NCBI GenBank assembly: GCA_043228905.1
Contig: JBHGNT010000002.1
Location: 16,988,001-17,052,000 of the forward strand
From: Azolla caroliniana
Lineage: Eukaryota > Plantae > Polypodiophyta
Direction: 5' to 3'
DNA length: 64,000 bases
The position numbers and the translations under genes were made by a program. Below, one piece after another: positions 22,701-34,142 of the stretch. The notes below the pieces were generated by a model. The model was given only the letters and a program-made list of their open reading frames with translations, had not been told where the DNA came from and did no database searches. Numbering within the stretch: the stretch's first letter is position 1; every line of letters starts with the position of its first letter.

Positions 22701-25207
22701 TAGACGGCTTCAGCGGATACAATCAAATCCGGATGCACCCCGACGACCAGGAGAAGACAGCGTTCGTCACCGAATGGGGGGTGTTTGTGGCCGAAGTAAT
22801 GATGTTCGGCCTAAAAACGGCACCGGCAACTTTCCAGCGAATCATCATGGAGATCTTCGGCGAATACATTCCAGCCTTCATGCAGGTTTTCCTGGATGAT
22901 TTTGCAGTCTATAGCCAGGGAAAAGACCATTTGCAGCACCTACGGTTATGCCTTGAAAAGTGTAGGTTATACCGGCTAAGCTTAAACCCAGCAAAATGCA
23001 TCTTTGGAGTTTCAAGTGGAATATTGCTGGGACACATTGTAAGTAAGGAGGGCATTGCGGTCGACCCGGACAAAGTAAACGCAATACTAGGGGCACCGAC
23101 GCCGAAAACAGCCAAAGCACTAAGCCGATTCTTAGGACAGATCCGGTGGCACAGCCGGATGCTCCGTCACTTGGCTGACTTGGCTACACCATTACACACC
23201 GCGGTACATCGGACACCGTTCCAATGGACGGATACGGAGGATAAGGCATACAATGCCCTGAAGGTTCTTTTGTCGCAAGCACCCGTCGTGCAGCCTCCGG
23301 ATTGGAGCAAGGAGTTTCATGTGTTCGTGGACGCTTCCGACATCGCTATCGGCAGCGCCTTAATGCAACTTACGGAGCCTAAATGGTACGGGCCGGTATA
23401 TTACGCCAGCCGAAAGCTGTCCCAAGCGGAGAAGAACTATTCAACGACGGAACGGGAGGCCCTGGGCATGATCTACAGTGTAACAAAGTTTCGTCATTAC
23501 CTATTGGGAAGGAAGTTCTCCTTTCATGTGGATCACTCGGCGCTCCTGTACTTAGTGTCCAAGGCGTTCCTGACCGGTAAGTTGGCCCGTTGGACCTTGC
23601 TGTTGCAGGAGTTCGAATTCGAGATTTTCCACCGGCCCGGTATCCAGCATGCCGTAGCAGACTACCTGAGCCGGTTAGAGTCCGGAGAATCAGGCGACGG
23701 AGTATCGGACGAATTCCCGGACGCAGAGTTATTCCGTATCACCCCGGAAACGGCAGCGGACGACACGGTGGCATCAGAAGATAGGTGGCTGACAAACATG
23801 CACCAGTTCCTAAGCACGGGCCTGCCACCGGAGGAAATGAACCGGGACGAGAGGAAACGACTGGCGGTGCAGAGCCGCAATTTCTGTCTGTTACGGGACA
23901 CTCTCTACCACAAAGGAGCAGATGGAATATGGAGACGGGCAGTCCGTAGTGACGAGAAAGAAGTAATCTTACGGGAAGCACACTGTGGGGTTGCCGGAGG
24001 ACACTATGCCGGGGAAGCGACGGCAAGGAAAGTATGGCAGAGCGGCTTATGGTGGCCCACGACGTTAAAAGACGCCGTCAAGTATGCTAAGGAATGTGAC
24101 CTATGCCAACGAATGGGCCAGCCTACGGAGCAAGCACGGATGCCACACCAACCGGTACTTCCACTGGAGCCATTCCAGAAGTGGGGATTGGATTTTGTCG
24201 GACCGTTCAAGCCACCGGCAATGAGAACGGGTAATCGTTATGTCATCGTGGCAACGGATTATTGCACTAAATGGGTGGAGGCTAAGGCCTTGAGAGATAA
24301 TACCGCGTCATCCACAGCAAAATTCCTGTACGAGAACATTTGGTGCCGATATGGATGTCCGATTGAATTAATCAGCGACCAAGGAGGGCACTTCCTCGGC
24401 CAGGTAGTGGAAAGCTTAACAACGTTCTATGCCGTGGTTCATAAACGGAGCACACCGTACTACCCACAAGCAAACGGGTTAGCAGAGTCCACCAACAAAA
24501 CGCTGCAGAACATTCTCCGCAAAATTGTCAATGAAAACCGGACGGACTGGGACACAAAGCTCCATAGCGCGCTATGGGCGTACCGAACGGCATACAAAAC
24601 AAGTATCCGGACAACGCCGTTCCGGCTAGCGTTCGGTTTAGAAGCGGTCATGCCGGTGGAATTTCAGGTACCAAGCTTACGGATCCAACTACGGGAACGG
24701 CTGAATGAAAAGAAGTCGGAGGAAATGCGGCTAGCAGCACTATGCGAACTGGAGGAGCAACGGCTGGCCAGCATCCTACACATGGAACTGGAGCAACGAC
24801 GACGGAAAGCGTTCGTTGACCGTCACCGGAAAGGTAACGAAAAGATGTTCGAAATCGGAAAACCGGTTCTAGTATTCCAAACGAGGATGGGCAAGATGCC
24901 GGGTAAACTCCGGTTTAGATGGACAGGCCCGTATTGGCTGACACGGGAATACAACGGGTCCTATCAGATAGGGACACTTGCCGGTGAAGTACTAGGCAAG
25001 TGGGTAAACGGATTTAGACTAAAGCCCTATAAAGGACCGATGCCAAAGAACCCGTTTATACAGCTCACCGGCACTATACCGGGAACCTGTCCGGGAACGG
25101 TACGGATGGAAGAAAAAGACGACGGGGAACCAGTAGCAGAGGCGAAGGAAGACACGGCAACCCGTAAGGAAAACGGTAAGGGTCCGAAGGGACCTACGGA
25201 TGTGTAA
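19761..25207 (+). CDS. pol: Element B gag-pol, main part (1947 aa when joined to 13685-14081)
   Basis: Gag with three CCHC knuckles (CTICLNAGH, CVICQSKSH, CYYCRQEGH); protease VIDGGSG; RT FLDD; RNase H FVDASD; integrase WGLDFVGP, ISDQG, GPY. Confidence 0.95.
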
Positions 25208-25224
25208 GATTACATACCGTCATT

Positions 25225-25244
25225 AAAAAAAAAAAAAAAAAAAA
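25225..25244 (+). repeat. A20 homopolymer between pol and the extra ORF of element B
   Basis: Run of 20 A starting 18 nt after the pol stop. Confidence 0.9.
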
Positions 25245-25582
25245 CATTAAAAATCGAGGTATGAACGGGTGTGAAAGCAAGGAGCGAAAAGGTACGTAGT
25301 GGGCATTTAAGAGCCGCCACGTTACTTAATACTAAACCGGTACACGATGTGCGCATGCTCGAAAAAGGCGCCAAGACGCACAGAGAAAAAGAAGAGCGCA
25401 TGGAGACCTTCTTTTTTCGCGAGCCAAGAAGCACAGAAGCACCAAGGCAGTGGAAGCTTAGCAAACGCGAACCTGCACTCAGAGAAACCCCACGTTCGGA
25501 ACGCTCTCTGTCTCGCTCCCTCTCTCGGTCTCACTCTCATCACCACTATACCTCGCCATCTTTCCTCGACCTCGAAGCAGAC

Positions 25583-28192
25583 ATGGAACCACAAACGCTG
25601 TCGGAAGCGGCCAGGAAATGGTTCAGGCAACACGGACTGGAGGGGTTCTTGGCCATCATGGAGGCACCACCGCACAGAGAAGCCGACCGGGTCATCAAGG
25701 AGCTCGACACAGAAGTCATCACCGAGGAAGCGATCCGTGCGCTAACAGGCCTTCCGGAGGGAGGTATCTTTCAGATCGATAACCCAACCCCGGAGCAACT
25801 CATCCGATATTTCGGTGAGTACTCTGTTGCCGGCAAAGGCTACCGAACGCAGGGTGGCGAAGATCCGCTATTCAGGGAGATAGCTCGAGTGCTCCATGAG
25901 TACGGCCACGTGTACCCCCGACCCCCTGTCATGCCAAAAAATCGGGCAGGGATGATCATAGCCACCTATGAAGGGACCAAGGTGGATTGGCCGGTGTTGA
26001 TTGCAGACGGTTTGTGCGTGGCAATCGACATGGTACGAGGAAAGGACGGCAAGGAGGGCCGGAAGCTGTGGCATGCCGTAGCTCAGTGGATAACATTGCT
26101 CGTGCCGCCGGTCGAGACCGTTCAGCCAAAGAAGCGGCCAAGAGTATCGGAAGGAAGCACCTCGAAGCCGACGTCCAAACGACAGCAGCTGCTGGCGTCG
26201 AAGGCGGCGAAAGGGAAGAAACGGGTCACAGAACCGGAGGAGGTGTCACCGGTCCGACCCGTTAAGATAACCATACGGCGACCGGGACAGAAGGAACCGG
26301 AACCCTTGACGGCACAGAAACAGGCCGTTACCCAGGAAGAGGAAACGGAGGAGCCAGAAGAGCACCTCCAACGACGGTCAAGAAGTAGGACCGCCGGGAC
26401 AGCGGGGGAGCGTTCGTACCCGCAAGAGGAAGAAACGCCCCCAACTCAACCTGAGCAAACCACGAGGGAGGAACCGGAACCGGTGCGTATGGAACCGGCC
26501 TTGTCGACTTCTATAGAAGAAGTCATTCCAACGGCTCCGGAGACGGCGAGAACCGGAACTCAACAGCCGGCGAGCCCAGCCAGCACACACGGCGGCCAAG
26601 GAGGAGGACCAGTACAGCAGCAAGGCACCAGTAGCATGTGGCTACGGTGGGTAGGCGAGCAGATCGCCGGAGCGGTCGAGTACATAGAGGCGGAGGAGAG
26701 AGCGCACAACGAACGGTTGCTCGTCACAACCGTAGATCTAGAGACGGCCCGGTCCAGAATCCGGAGCCTTGAACAAGACTTGGACAGGGTCACAAGGGAA
26801 ATGGCTCGATTCGCGTTGACAACACAAGTCCAAGCACCGGTGACTCCGGGCAATGTACAGAATAAAGCGTCAGATCAACCTGTACATAGCAATCAGACCT
26901 CGGCAACGGAAACCGTTCCGGAGAGAAATGCGGCACAAGCCCAAGAGCTTGCGGATTTAAAGGATGAGCTAGCTGCCCAAGAAGCGCTGAGGAGCCGCGA
27001 AAGAGAGTTGAAGACGGCAGCGGAGGCAGAACTCAAAAAGACTGCTGAGAATCTACGCCGGGCTGAGGAGAGCTTACGGAAGGGCCACCAAGCGTACGAC
27101 CGGCTCAAGGAAGAAAAGGAGAAAATGCTGCAAGAGAAGGAGAGGCTCCGGAGGAACGCCGAAACAGAAGTAGAGCGCTTGAAAGAGGAACTCCGGCAGG
27201 TAAAGGACCGGGAGGACCGGAACCATCGCCAGATCAACGGCAAGCTCAAACAAAATACGGAGGAATTCGAGCAATTGCACCGGGAGTATAAACGGTTGCA
27301 AACGGAGCACAAGGAACGGACGGATGAGCTCCGGCAAGCAGTTGATCGGACCGCAACTGCATTCGCCAAGGAACAAGCGGAAACCAGAAGACGGTTGGAA
27401 GAGGCGGAGAAGGTTCAGACAGAGCTCCTCAGGCAACAGCAGGCGGAAAAAGAAAGAGCGGCGGAGGTACTGCAGAGGCTGCAAACGACATATCAAGGTC
27501 AGCTGACGCGCTACAGAGAGCAGGCGGAGGATACGGCGAATCTCATCAAGCAACTGAAGGAGGAGCGACAAGTGGTGGAAAGTAGAGCGCAAATGGGAGC
27601 AAGTCGCATCCAGGACATCATGCGGGCCTGGTTGAACCAGACCAAGAGCTTGATTGACAACGGTTCCGTTAAATGGTGGACCAAGTGGGCCACGAACGCG
27701 GCGGAACTCCAATTGCTCCGGGCCGACGTAGAGAACCGGCGGAAGGAGGGAGATGATTGCTATATGCTGACTTCCGAAGACTTCACCGGCATAAGAGATG
27801 AGCTGGCCGAAGACTTTCAAGCCTTGGCAGACGACCAACTAGGGCAAGTCCGGCAACTTGTAGCTCAGCTGGACGACGACAGGCTGGAGGCGCAGATCCA
27901 GTTTGAAAGCTACGAGAGGTCCCGGATCCGGGGAGAGAAAGAACGAGAACCGGTTACGGTCAACCTCAGTGATGAGGAATCGTTACTGGAAGGAGACCGG
28001 ACCGGAAGCAGACAAACGGAGCAGCCGGAGCCAGAGAAACAAACGGAGCAGCCGCCTATAGAGCAGCCGGAACAGCCTCAGTCCCAACCGCAACCACAGC
28101 AGCAGCAGCAAGCACAGCCGCAGCAACCACAACCGGAAGAACAAGTGGAAATTCTGGAACAAAGTAATTTGGACAATTTGGGTGAACAATGA
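25583..28192 (+). CDS. Extra 3' ORF of element B (about 869 aa from ATG 25583; frame open from 25271): folded N-terminal domain, basic NLS-like patch, long coiled coil
   Basis: Uninterrupted 2.6-2.9 kb ORF lying between pol and the 3' LTR; E/Q/K/R-rich heptad region; PKKRPRV and KGKKR motifs. Confidence 0.85.
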   Translation: MEPQTLSEAARKWFRQHGLEGFLAIMEAPPHREADRVIKELDTEVITEEAIRALTGLPEGGIFQIDNPTPEQLIRYFGEYSVAGKGYRTQGGEDPLFREIARVLHEYGHVYPRPPVMPKNRAGMIIATYEGTKVDWPVLIADGLCVAIDMVRGKDGKEGRKLWHAVAQWITLLVPPVETVQPKKRPRVSEGSTSKPTSKRQQLLASKAAKGKKRVTEPEEVSPVRPVKITIRRPGQKEPEPLTAQKQAVTQEEETEEPEEHLQRRSRSRTAGTAGERSYPQEEETPPTQPEQTTREEPEPVRMEPALSTSIEEVIPTAPETARTGTQQPASPASTHGGQGGGPVQQQGTSSMWLRWVGEQIAGAVEYIEAEERAHNERLLVTTVDLETARSRIRSLEQDLDRVTREMARFALTTQVQAPVTPGNVQNKASDQPVHSNQTSATETVPERNAAQAQELADLKDELAAQEALRSRERELKTAAEAELKKTAENLRRAEESLRKGHQAYDRLKEEKEKMLQEKERLRRNAETEVERLKEELRQVKDREDRNHRQINGKLKQNTEEFEQLHREYKRLQTEHKERTDELRQAVDRTATAFAKEQAETRRRLEEAEKVQTELLRQQQAEKERAAEVLQRLQTTYQGQLTRYREQAEDTANLIKQLKEERQVVESRAQMGASRIQDIMRAWLNQTKSLIDNGSVKWWTKWATNAAELQLLRADVENRRKEGDDCYMLTSEDFTGIRDELAEDFQALADDQLGQVRQLVAQLDDDRLEAQIQFESYERSRIRGEKEREPVTVNLSDEESLLEGDRTGSRQTEQPEPEKQTEQPPIEQPEQPQSQPQPQQQQQAQPQQPQPEEQVEILEQSNLDNLGEQ

Positions 28193-28244
28193 AGGGGCCA
28201 AGAAGGGTTCGACGTACAAGGTACTGTCCCACGGGCGTGCCATG

Positions 28245-28662
28245 TGTTACCGGCCGGCAAGGAGTCCAAAATACGGAATGAAGGAATTAATTAAATATGG
28301 TTGTAAATGAGCATAGTGTGGACGGACGGACTGGAAACGGTATGCCGTTCCAGATCCGGACGGATCCCGAATAGGTGCGATAGGCACCGTTTTGTACTAC
28401 GGGCCGGAAACCTATTTAAAGGCCCGGACCCCATTGTAATCGCGGCGGATAATTAATAGAGCTTATGATGTTATACTTCTGTCTTGATTTCCGTTCTGTA
28501 ATTACTGTTATATCTTACGCGTGTAATTAACTAAAGCACTCTAATCGTGTAACCTATGGAAGTCGTTGTAATCGTTGAATCTTAATCCTATGCCGTAATC
28601 ACCCTTTGGTGAAGTGTCTCCGTGACACCTTGTGTTAGGCCTTGTCCGGTCAGTGAATAACA
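28245..28662 (+). repeat. 3' LTR of element B
   Basis: Same sequence as 13216-13633, followed by TSD CCACA. Confidence 0.96.
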
Positions 28663-28667
28663 CCACA

Positions 28668-31600
28668 TTCTCGTGGTTCCATTGCTAGAACATCAGGCAA
28701 TCTCACATTGGAGGTATGGCTTTCTTTTAATTCCAGTTCCATTCAGTCTGTCGCTTTACTTGATTTTGGAGCGTCTTCTTGCTTCATCAATGTGGCATTC
28801 GCCCGAGCACATGGGATACCTGTCATGTGCCTCTCAAAACCCATTCATGTTGAAGCCATTGATGGGTGTGCCATCTCGTCAGCAGCAATTACCGAGACTA
28901 CAATCCCATTACGGCTTCGTGTGGGCTCCCACAAAGAGGAGCTCCCCTTTTACCTCATTGCATCCCCTCGGCATCTTATCGTCTTAGGACTATCATGGTT
29001 GGAGGTGCACAATCCAATAGTGGATTGGTGAAATCACTCGATCACATTTAGCGAGCCAGGATACTTGCGCGCAACTATAAAGGTTAATTCAGTTTCACAT
29101 CCTCCGGAGATGGTCTATTCCGACTCGACCACGCCACCCTTAGTTCATCACCTGCTCGCTGTTTGTGGAGCTACTTCTAACACAATCCACGCTATGGCTG
29201 AAAAGTATAAAGACTTCTCCGATGTATTTGAGAAACATAATGCAGATCATTTGCTCGAACACTGGCTCTACGACTGTCCCATCGATCTTCAAGAAGGCAT
29301 GTGTCCACCCTTTGGTCCTATATATGCATTGTCTGCACCAGAGCTAAAGGCCCTTCGAGTGTATCTCAATGAGAACCTCGCAAAAGGATTTATTCAACCT
29401 TTTAAGTCGCCAGTCGAGCCCCCCATATTATTCATGAAGAAGAAGGATGACTCTCTACGCTTATGTGTAGACTATCAGGGTCTCAACGAATTCATTGTGC
29501 GGAACCGCTATCCATTCCCTCTGATTCTCAAACTCCTCAATTGGCTCCACGCGGTGTGTGTCTTCTCCAAAGTTGATCTGCGTGGCGTGTACAATCTGGT
29601 ACGCACCAATCCCGGTGATGAATGGAAAACTGCCTTTCGAACACGATATGGGCATTTCGAATGCAAAGTAATGCCTTTCGGCCTTACTAATGCCCCAACT
29701 ATTTTTCAACATATGATGAACGATATATTCCGAGAATATCTCAATCATTTTGTGGTCATCTACCTAGATGATATTCTCATTTTTTCACCAAACATGGCGG
29801 AACACACCCATAAAGTCTGATTTAAAGTTCTTGCAAAACTTCGGGACCACGACCTTTATGCCAAAAATGAGAAATGCGAGTTTGACCATACCTCAATTGA
29901 ATTCTTGGGTTACATCATCTCACCTAGAGGCATCACGATGGATGTGAAGAAGGTTTCCGTCATTTGGGAGTGGGCAACTCCAACTCGACTTAAAGATGTG
30001 CAATCCTTCCTTAGCTTCACCAATTTTTACCATCGCTTCATCAAGGGGTTTTCCACTCTAGCCCATCCTCTTATCATACTCACATGTAAAGGTACTCCCT
30101 TTCTATGGACCTTAGCAACACAAAATGCATTTGACTCTCTCAAACACGCATTCACCATTACCCCCGTGCTTCTACATGCCGACCCCACACGACCCTTCCA
30201 GATCGAAACTGATGCCTCTAACTTCACCATTGGTGCCATTTTATCCCAGGCTGATGACTCCAACATAATGCACCCAGTGGCTTACTACGCCCGCAAATTC
30301 ACGGCATCCAAAATCATTTATCCAATATACAACAAGGAGCTTGTTGCTATCGTGTCTAGGTAGTGACTGATCATAAGAATTTAATTTATTTTTCCACTAC
30401 TCGTACTTTGAATCGAAAGCAGGCTCCTATTTGGCCGGAGCACAACATCGTGTCCAGGTAGTGACTGATCATAAGAATTTAATTTATCTTTCCACTACTT
30501 GTACTTTGAATTGAAGGCAGGCTTGTTGGTCGACATTTCTCGCCGACTATGATTTTGAGATCGTATTTCGACCTAGTGGCCAACATGGGAAGGATGATGC
30601 TCTTTCTCGTCGGGCCGAATTTCCCATTCGCCCTGGGGATCTTGCTCATGCTCAACAATCTCGATGTTTGCTGAACCGACCAATTGCATCTTTTTGCCAC
30701 TTGTATGTTGTAGGATGATTTGTTACTCCAACAGATCACCGATACATCCACGACTGATGCATTTGCCAACGAGATTTGAGATAGTCTACAAAATCCCTCT
30801 AAGACACCCAAAAGGACGGACCTTGACCACTTCACCATACAAGATGGTTTGTTATTCCGCAATCATCACTTATATGTCCCAGAGGGCCCGTGTTGCACCC
30901 GGGTATTGCGGGAATGCCACGATGACCCCCTTGCGGGTCACTTCAGAGTTGCAAAAACCCTCGAGCTAATCTCTCGGGGGTATTGGTGGCCACAACCATG
31001 GAAGTTGGTCAAAGAATACATCAAGACTTGTGAGGTTTGCACTCGCTCCAAAGTCGCTCATCATCGAGCATATGGCTTGCTCCATCCGCTTCCATGCCCT
31101 AGTCATCCCTCGGCCTCTATCTCTATGGACCTCATAACCGATCTACCTCTGGTCAGTGTTGGTCGTTGGTGATCGATTTACAAAGATGGCTCACTTCACT
31201 CCATGCTCAAAAACCATATCTGGCAAAGGAATGACGCATCTACTCCCCAATAATGTTGTCCGTTTGCATGACCTCCCTGATGATGTCATCTCTGATCGTG
31301 GTCGAGCCCGGGTTTTAGAAGAGCTACATCATGACTTATCCTTGGAGCTTCGTCTCGCTCGTGAACAATACAAGAAGCACGTTGATCTCCATCGCTCTAT
31401 CACTCCACCCTTTGTCATTAGTGACATGGTCTGGTTGTTACGACGACACATCTCTACTACCCGTCCATGTGCGAAACTTGATTACAAGAAGTTGGGACCA
31501 TTTTGTATAGTTGAGCGCATTAATCCCGTATAGTTGCCCTTCCATCCCATTTCCGAATTCATGATGTTTTTCCTGTCTCCCTCCTCGAGCCCCATTATCC

Positions 31601-31870
31601 TTCACAAAGCCCAGGATGCCAGGCCCCTCTACCACCCCCTCTGGAATTGACGACAAGGGAGGAATACGAGGTCGACCAAATACTTGGCTCATGTTTGCAT
31701 CGTCGACACCTACAATACCTCGTCTTGTGGAAGGGTTACTATTTTTCTGACGCTACATGGGAACCCGCACAAAATTTACAAAAAAATGCCCCGGACGTGG
31801 TTCAAGATTTTCATCTCCGATATCCCCACAAACTGGCGACGGGTTTGGGAAGGCAGCGTAGAAGGGGGGG
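28668..31870 (+). pseudogene. pol: Element A pol pseudogene
   Basis: LLDFGASSCF, YLDD, ETDASNF, HDDPLAGHF, chromodomain EYEVDQIL..YLVLWKGY..TWEP. Contains stops, frameshifts, an internal deletion near 31300 and a duplication at about 30350-30525. Confidence 0.92.
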
Positions 31871-31874
31871 ATAA

Positions 31875-32243
31875 TGTCACATCGAGGATGTGACTCAAAC
31901 CTCTAACCTATAACACACCCAATATGTAGTATTAGATAAACCATTTGGAAACCCTTAAGTTATATGTAAATTGTATATGGTTAATATTATATAGCCTAAC
32001 ATATAGAATATTCTAGTCTTTAGTGTATTCTAGAAATGTTCTATGGTATAATCTAGACGAGTATATTCTAGAGATATTTCTTAGGTATATTCTAGAGATA
32101 TTTAATCTCAGAACTTGTATAAATATGTGTGTTCACCTAGATTATAATCAAGGTGAACAACACCAGTTACAGAGTCTTTCAATTAATCAACTCATCCCCT
32201 TGATTATCTTCTACTCTCTTGTGTATATTTTCTACCCGTGACA
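31875..32243 (+). repeat. 3' LTR of element A
   Basis: TGTCAC...GTGACA after the PPT; its 3' end matches 11527-11587 plus 12154-12169. Confidence 0.88.
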
Positions 32244-33499
32244 ACTTTCTGGACCAGATGCCAAATCGATTGAAGAAGCCGGATACCAGATCCGGATGAC
32301 GAAGCCAAATGTCAGATTCGAATGACGGAACGTCGCATGTGCAGATGTGTCCTATTCTATTAAATAGGTCCAACGTAGGCAATTAGTGTCAGATGCTCTT
32401 TTAAGAGCATTGAAGTACATGTCAGCCCTTCTTAATAGCCCTGACAGATGGGCTTGTATATATAAAGTGCACATAAGCATTATGTACGAGATAGATCATT
32501 ATTTTGGTAATAGAATATTTGTTGCCTGCTCTCACTCTCTCTTTCTCTTGTACTCTCTGCTCTGTATTAACGAACTATTCATCTTCCAGATAACCGACCG
32601 ACTGTCGGTCGGTTCACAAGCTTCCGCATATTGTAAATCTTTTTAGGCATTCATTAGTCCCACCAGGTGTAGGTCTACTTCAGTTTCTTGGCCGTGGAAC
32701 CAAAATAGAAACAAACCATTTATATATAACAAAAACGAAAGGAAACTATTAATTAAGAACTACCAAACTATTTCAACTAAGTCGTTTAAGGAAAGGGGAA
32801 ACCAAATTGTCGAATAAATTAAACAATTAAACAAAAGAACCTTGAATTTAAAAAAGATTTAAGTTAAATTAATTAACTCATTAAACAAAAAATACGAATA
32901 AAACCATCGGGGGAATAAATAAAGTTAAGCAAAAAGCTAACAAACCATTAAACATAGCCATGCAAACCTATAAAGTTGAGTTTTAGAACCAAATCAATGT
33001 GAAACCAAATCATTTAATGATAGACGAAATGAAACAAAACCATTTAATGATATTTGTAAACCAAACCAAGCTGTTAATGATATTCAAACCTATAAATAGT
33101 TAAACCATGGCTTAATGGTTCGATTAAGTTTGTGTCGAACTAGAGCCCATAGCTATGTCCTAGCTAGTTTAGACAATTAATACCATAAAATCAATGACCC
33201 CTTGTACAAACCAATGGGTTGATAACCTCCAAGGAAGCGAAAATACTTTGACCACCTAACATATTGGGAGAATTTTTTGTAGCTCAACAACTGTACTAAT
33301 CAATTTTGTTTAATTGGCCTCATTTCTCCAGACAACAAAGACCTCAATACAACCTTCCCTTTTTGGCATGCCCCAAAGCTCTAATTTTGTGTGACATTGC
33401 ATAAGTTAATATTGATATTTAAGTGATTATACATACTTTACCAAAACAAATTGGGTCTTGGAATAACATCTTAGTCAACATAATTCTCCCCAATCTCAA

Positions 33500-33900
33500 G
33501 TTCATGATGTCATTCTAGTAATTGTGGATCAATTTCAAAGATGGCACATTTCTTTCCAAGATCTTTCCCCATCTTGAGTGAAGCCACGACCATAGTTCTA
33601 CTTCTTGAGGTGTTTTGCCTCCATGGTCTTGTAGGTAGTATTAACATTGATCATGGTCTTCCTGATAGTATTAACAATGACCAAGCCCCCTTTATTCGTC
33701 ATAGGATTTTGGAAAAGCCTCTTGCAGTTCCTACAAATTCATAGATCCTTGGGGAATCACCGAAAAAGCAATGGACAGACCAAATGAACGAGCCAGACTT
33801 TCAGATTGTATGTTCATTGTTTTATTAACTACCAACATGATGACTTTGTTGATTGGCTCTCTATGGCAAAATTTTCCTATAATCATTTAATTTGTCCTTG
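33500..33900 (+). pseudogene. Highly decayed gypsy integrase fragment
   Basis: MAHFFP..EVFCLHGLPDSINND motif similar to the integrase of element C. Confidence 0.65.
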
Positions 33901-34142
33901 TATAGGATAAACGCCTTCCTTTGTAGTGTTTGGGTGACATCCACGTACAAAAAGGAATTACCAATATGACACAATGGAAGTACGCACTTACTTTTGCTAT
34001 ACTTTTTAGTATTATATTGGCAATTCCTTTTTGTATATGAATGCACAAATAACACTTCTCATTTTGATTTGAAAAAACTACATGCATGAAGAAAATACAC
34101 GCAAAGTATATATTAAAGGAAAAAGAACATCATCATTCCAAT

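Larger units (their letters stand above)
13216..28662 (+). mobile_element. Young non-chromovirus Ty3/gypsy LTR retrotransposon (element B, Athila/Phygy/Selgy-like) with an extra 3' ORF
   Basis: 418-bp LTRs 13216-13633 and 28245-28662 with no differences seen by eye; TSD CCACA; tRNA-type PBS; single gag-pol ORF with no chromodomain or additional RNase H; long second ORF. Confidence 0.96.
11527..32243 (+). mobile_element. Decayed Ty3/gypsy chromovirus (element A, Tcn1-like), host of nested elements B and C
   Basis: Truncated 5' LTR (11527-11587 plus 12154-12169) matches the end of the 3' LTR (31875-32243). gag remnant 12220-13180; PR-RT-RH-IN-chromodomain remnants 28668-31870; PPT GAAGGGGGGG at 31861. 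Confidence 0.9.

Noticed and set aside
25271-28192. Calling the extra ORF a retroviral env or a host SMC/myosin gene
   Set aside because: No signal peptide or TM segment, no ATPase motifs, intronless, and enclosed by the LTRs of B
19740-28269. Many short or antisense ORFs inside element B (for example 27074-27838)
   Set aside because: Shadow frames of long GC-rich, stop-poor coding sequence
32244-33170. LTR-like segment (TATA, CT tract) followed by an AAACC-rich stretch
   Set aside because: No partner repeat, terminal motifs or TSD could be fixed
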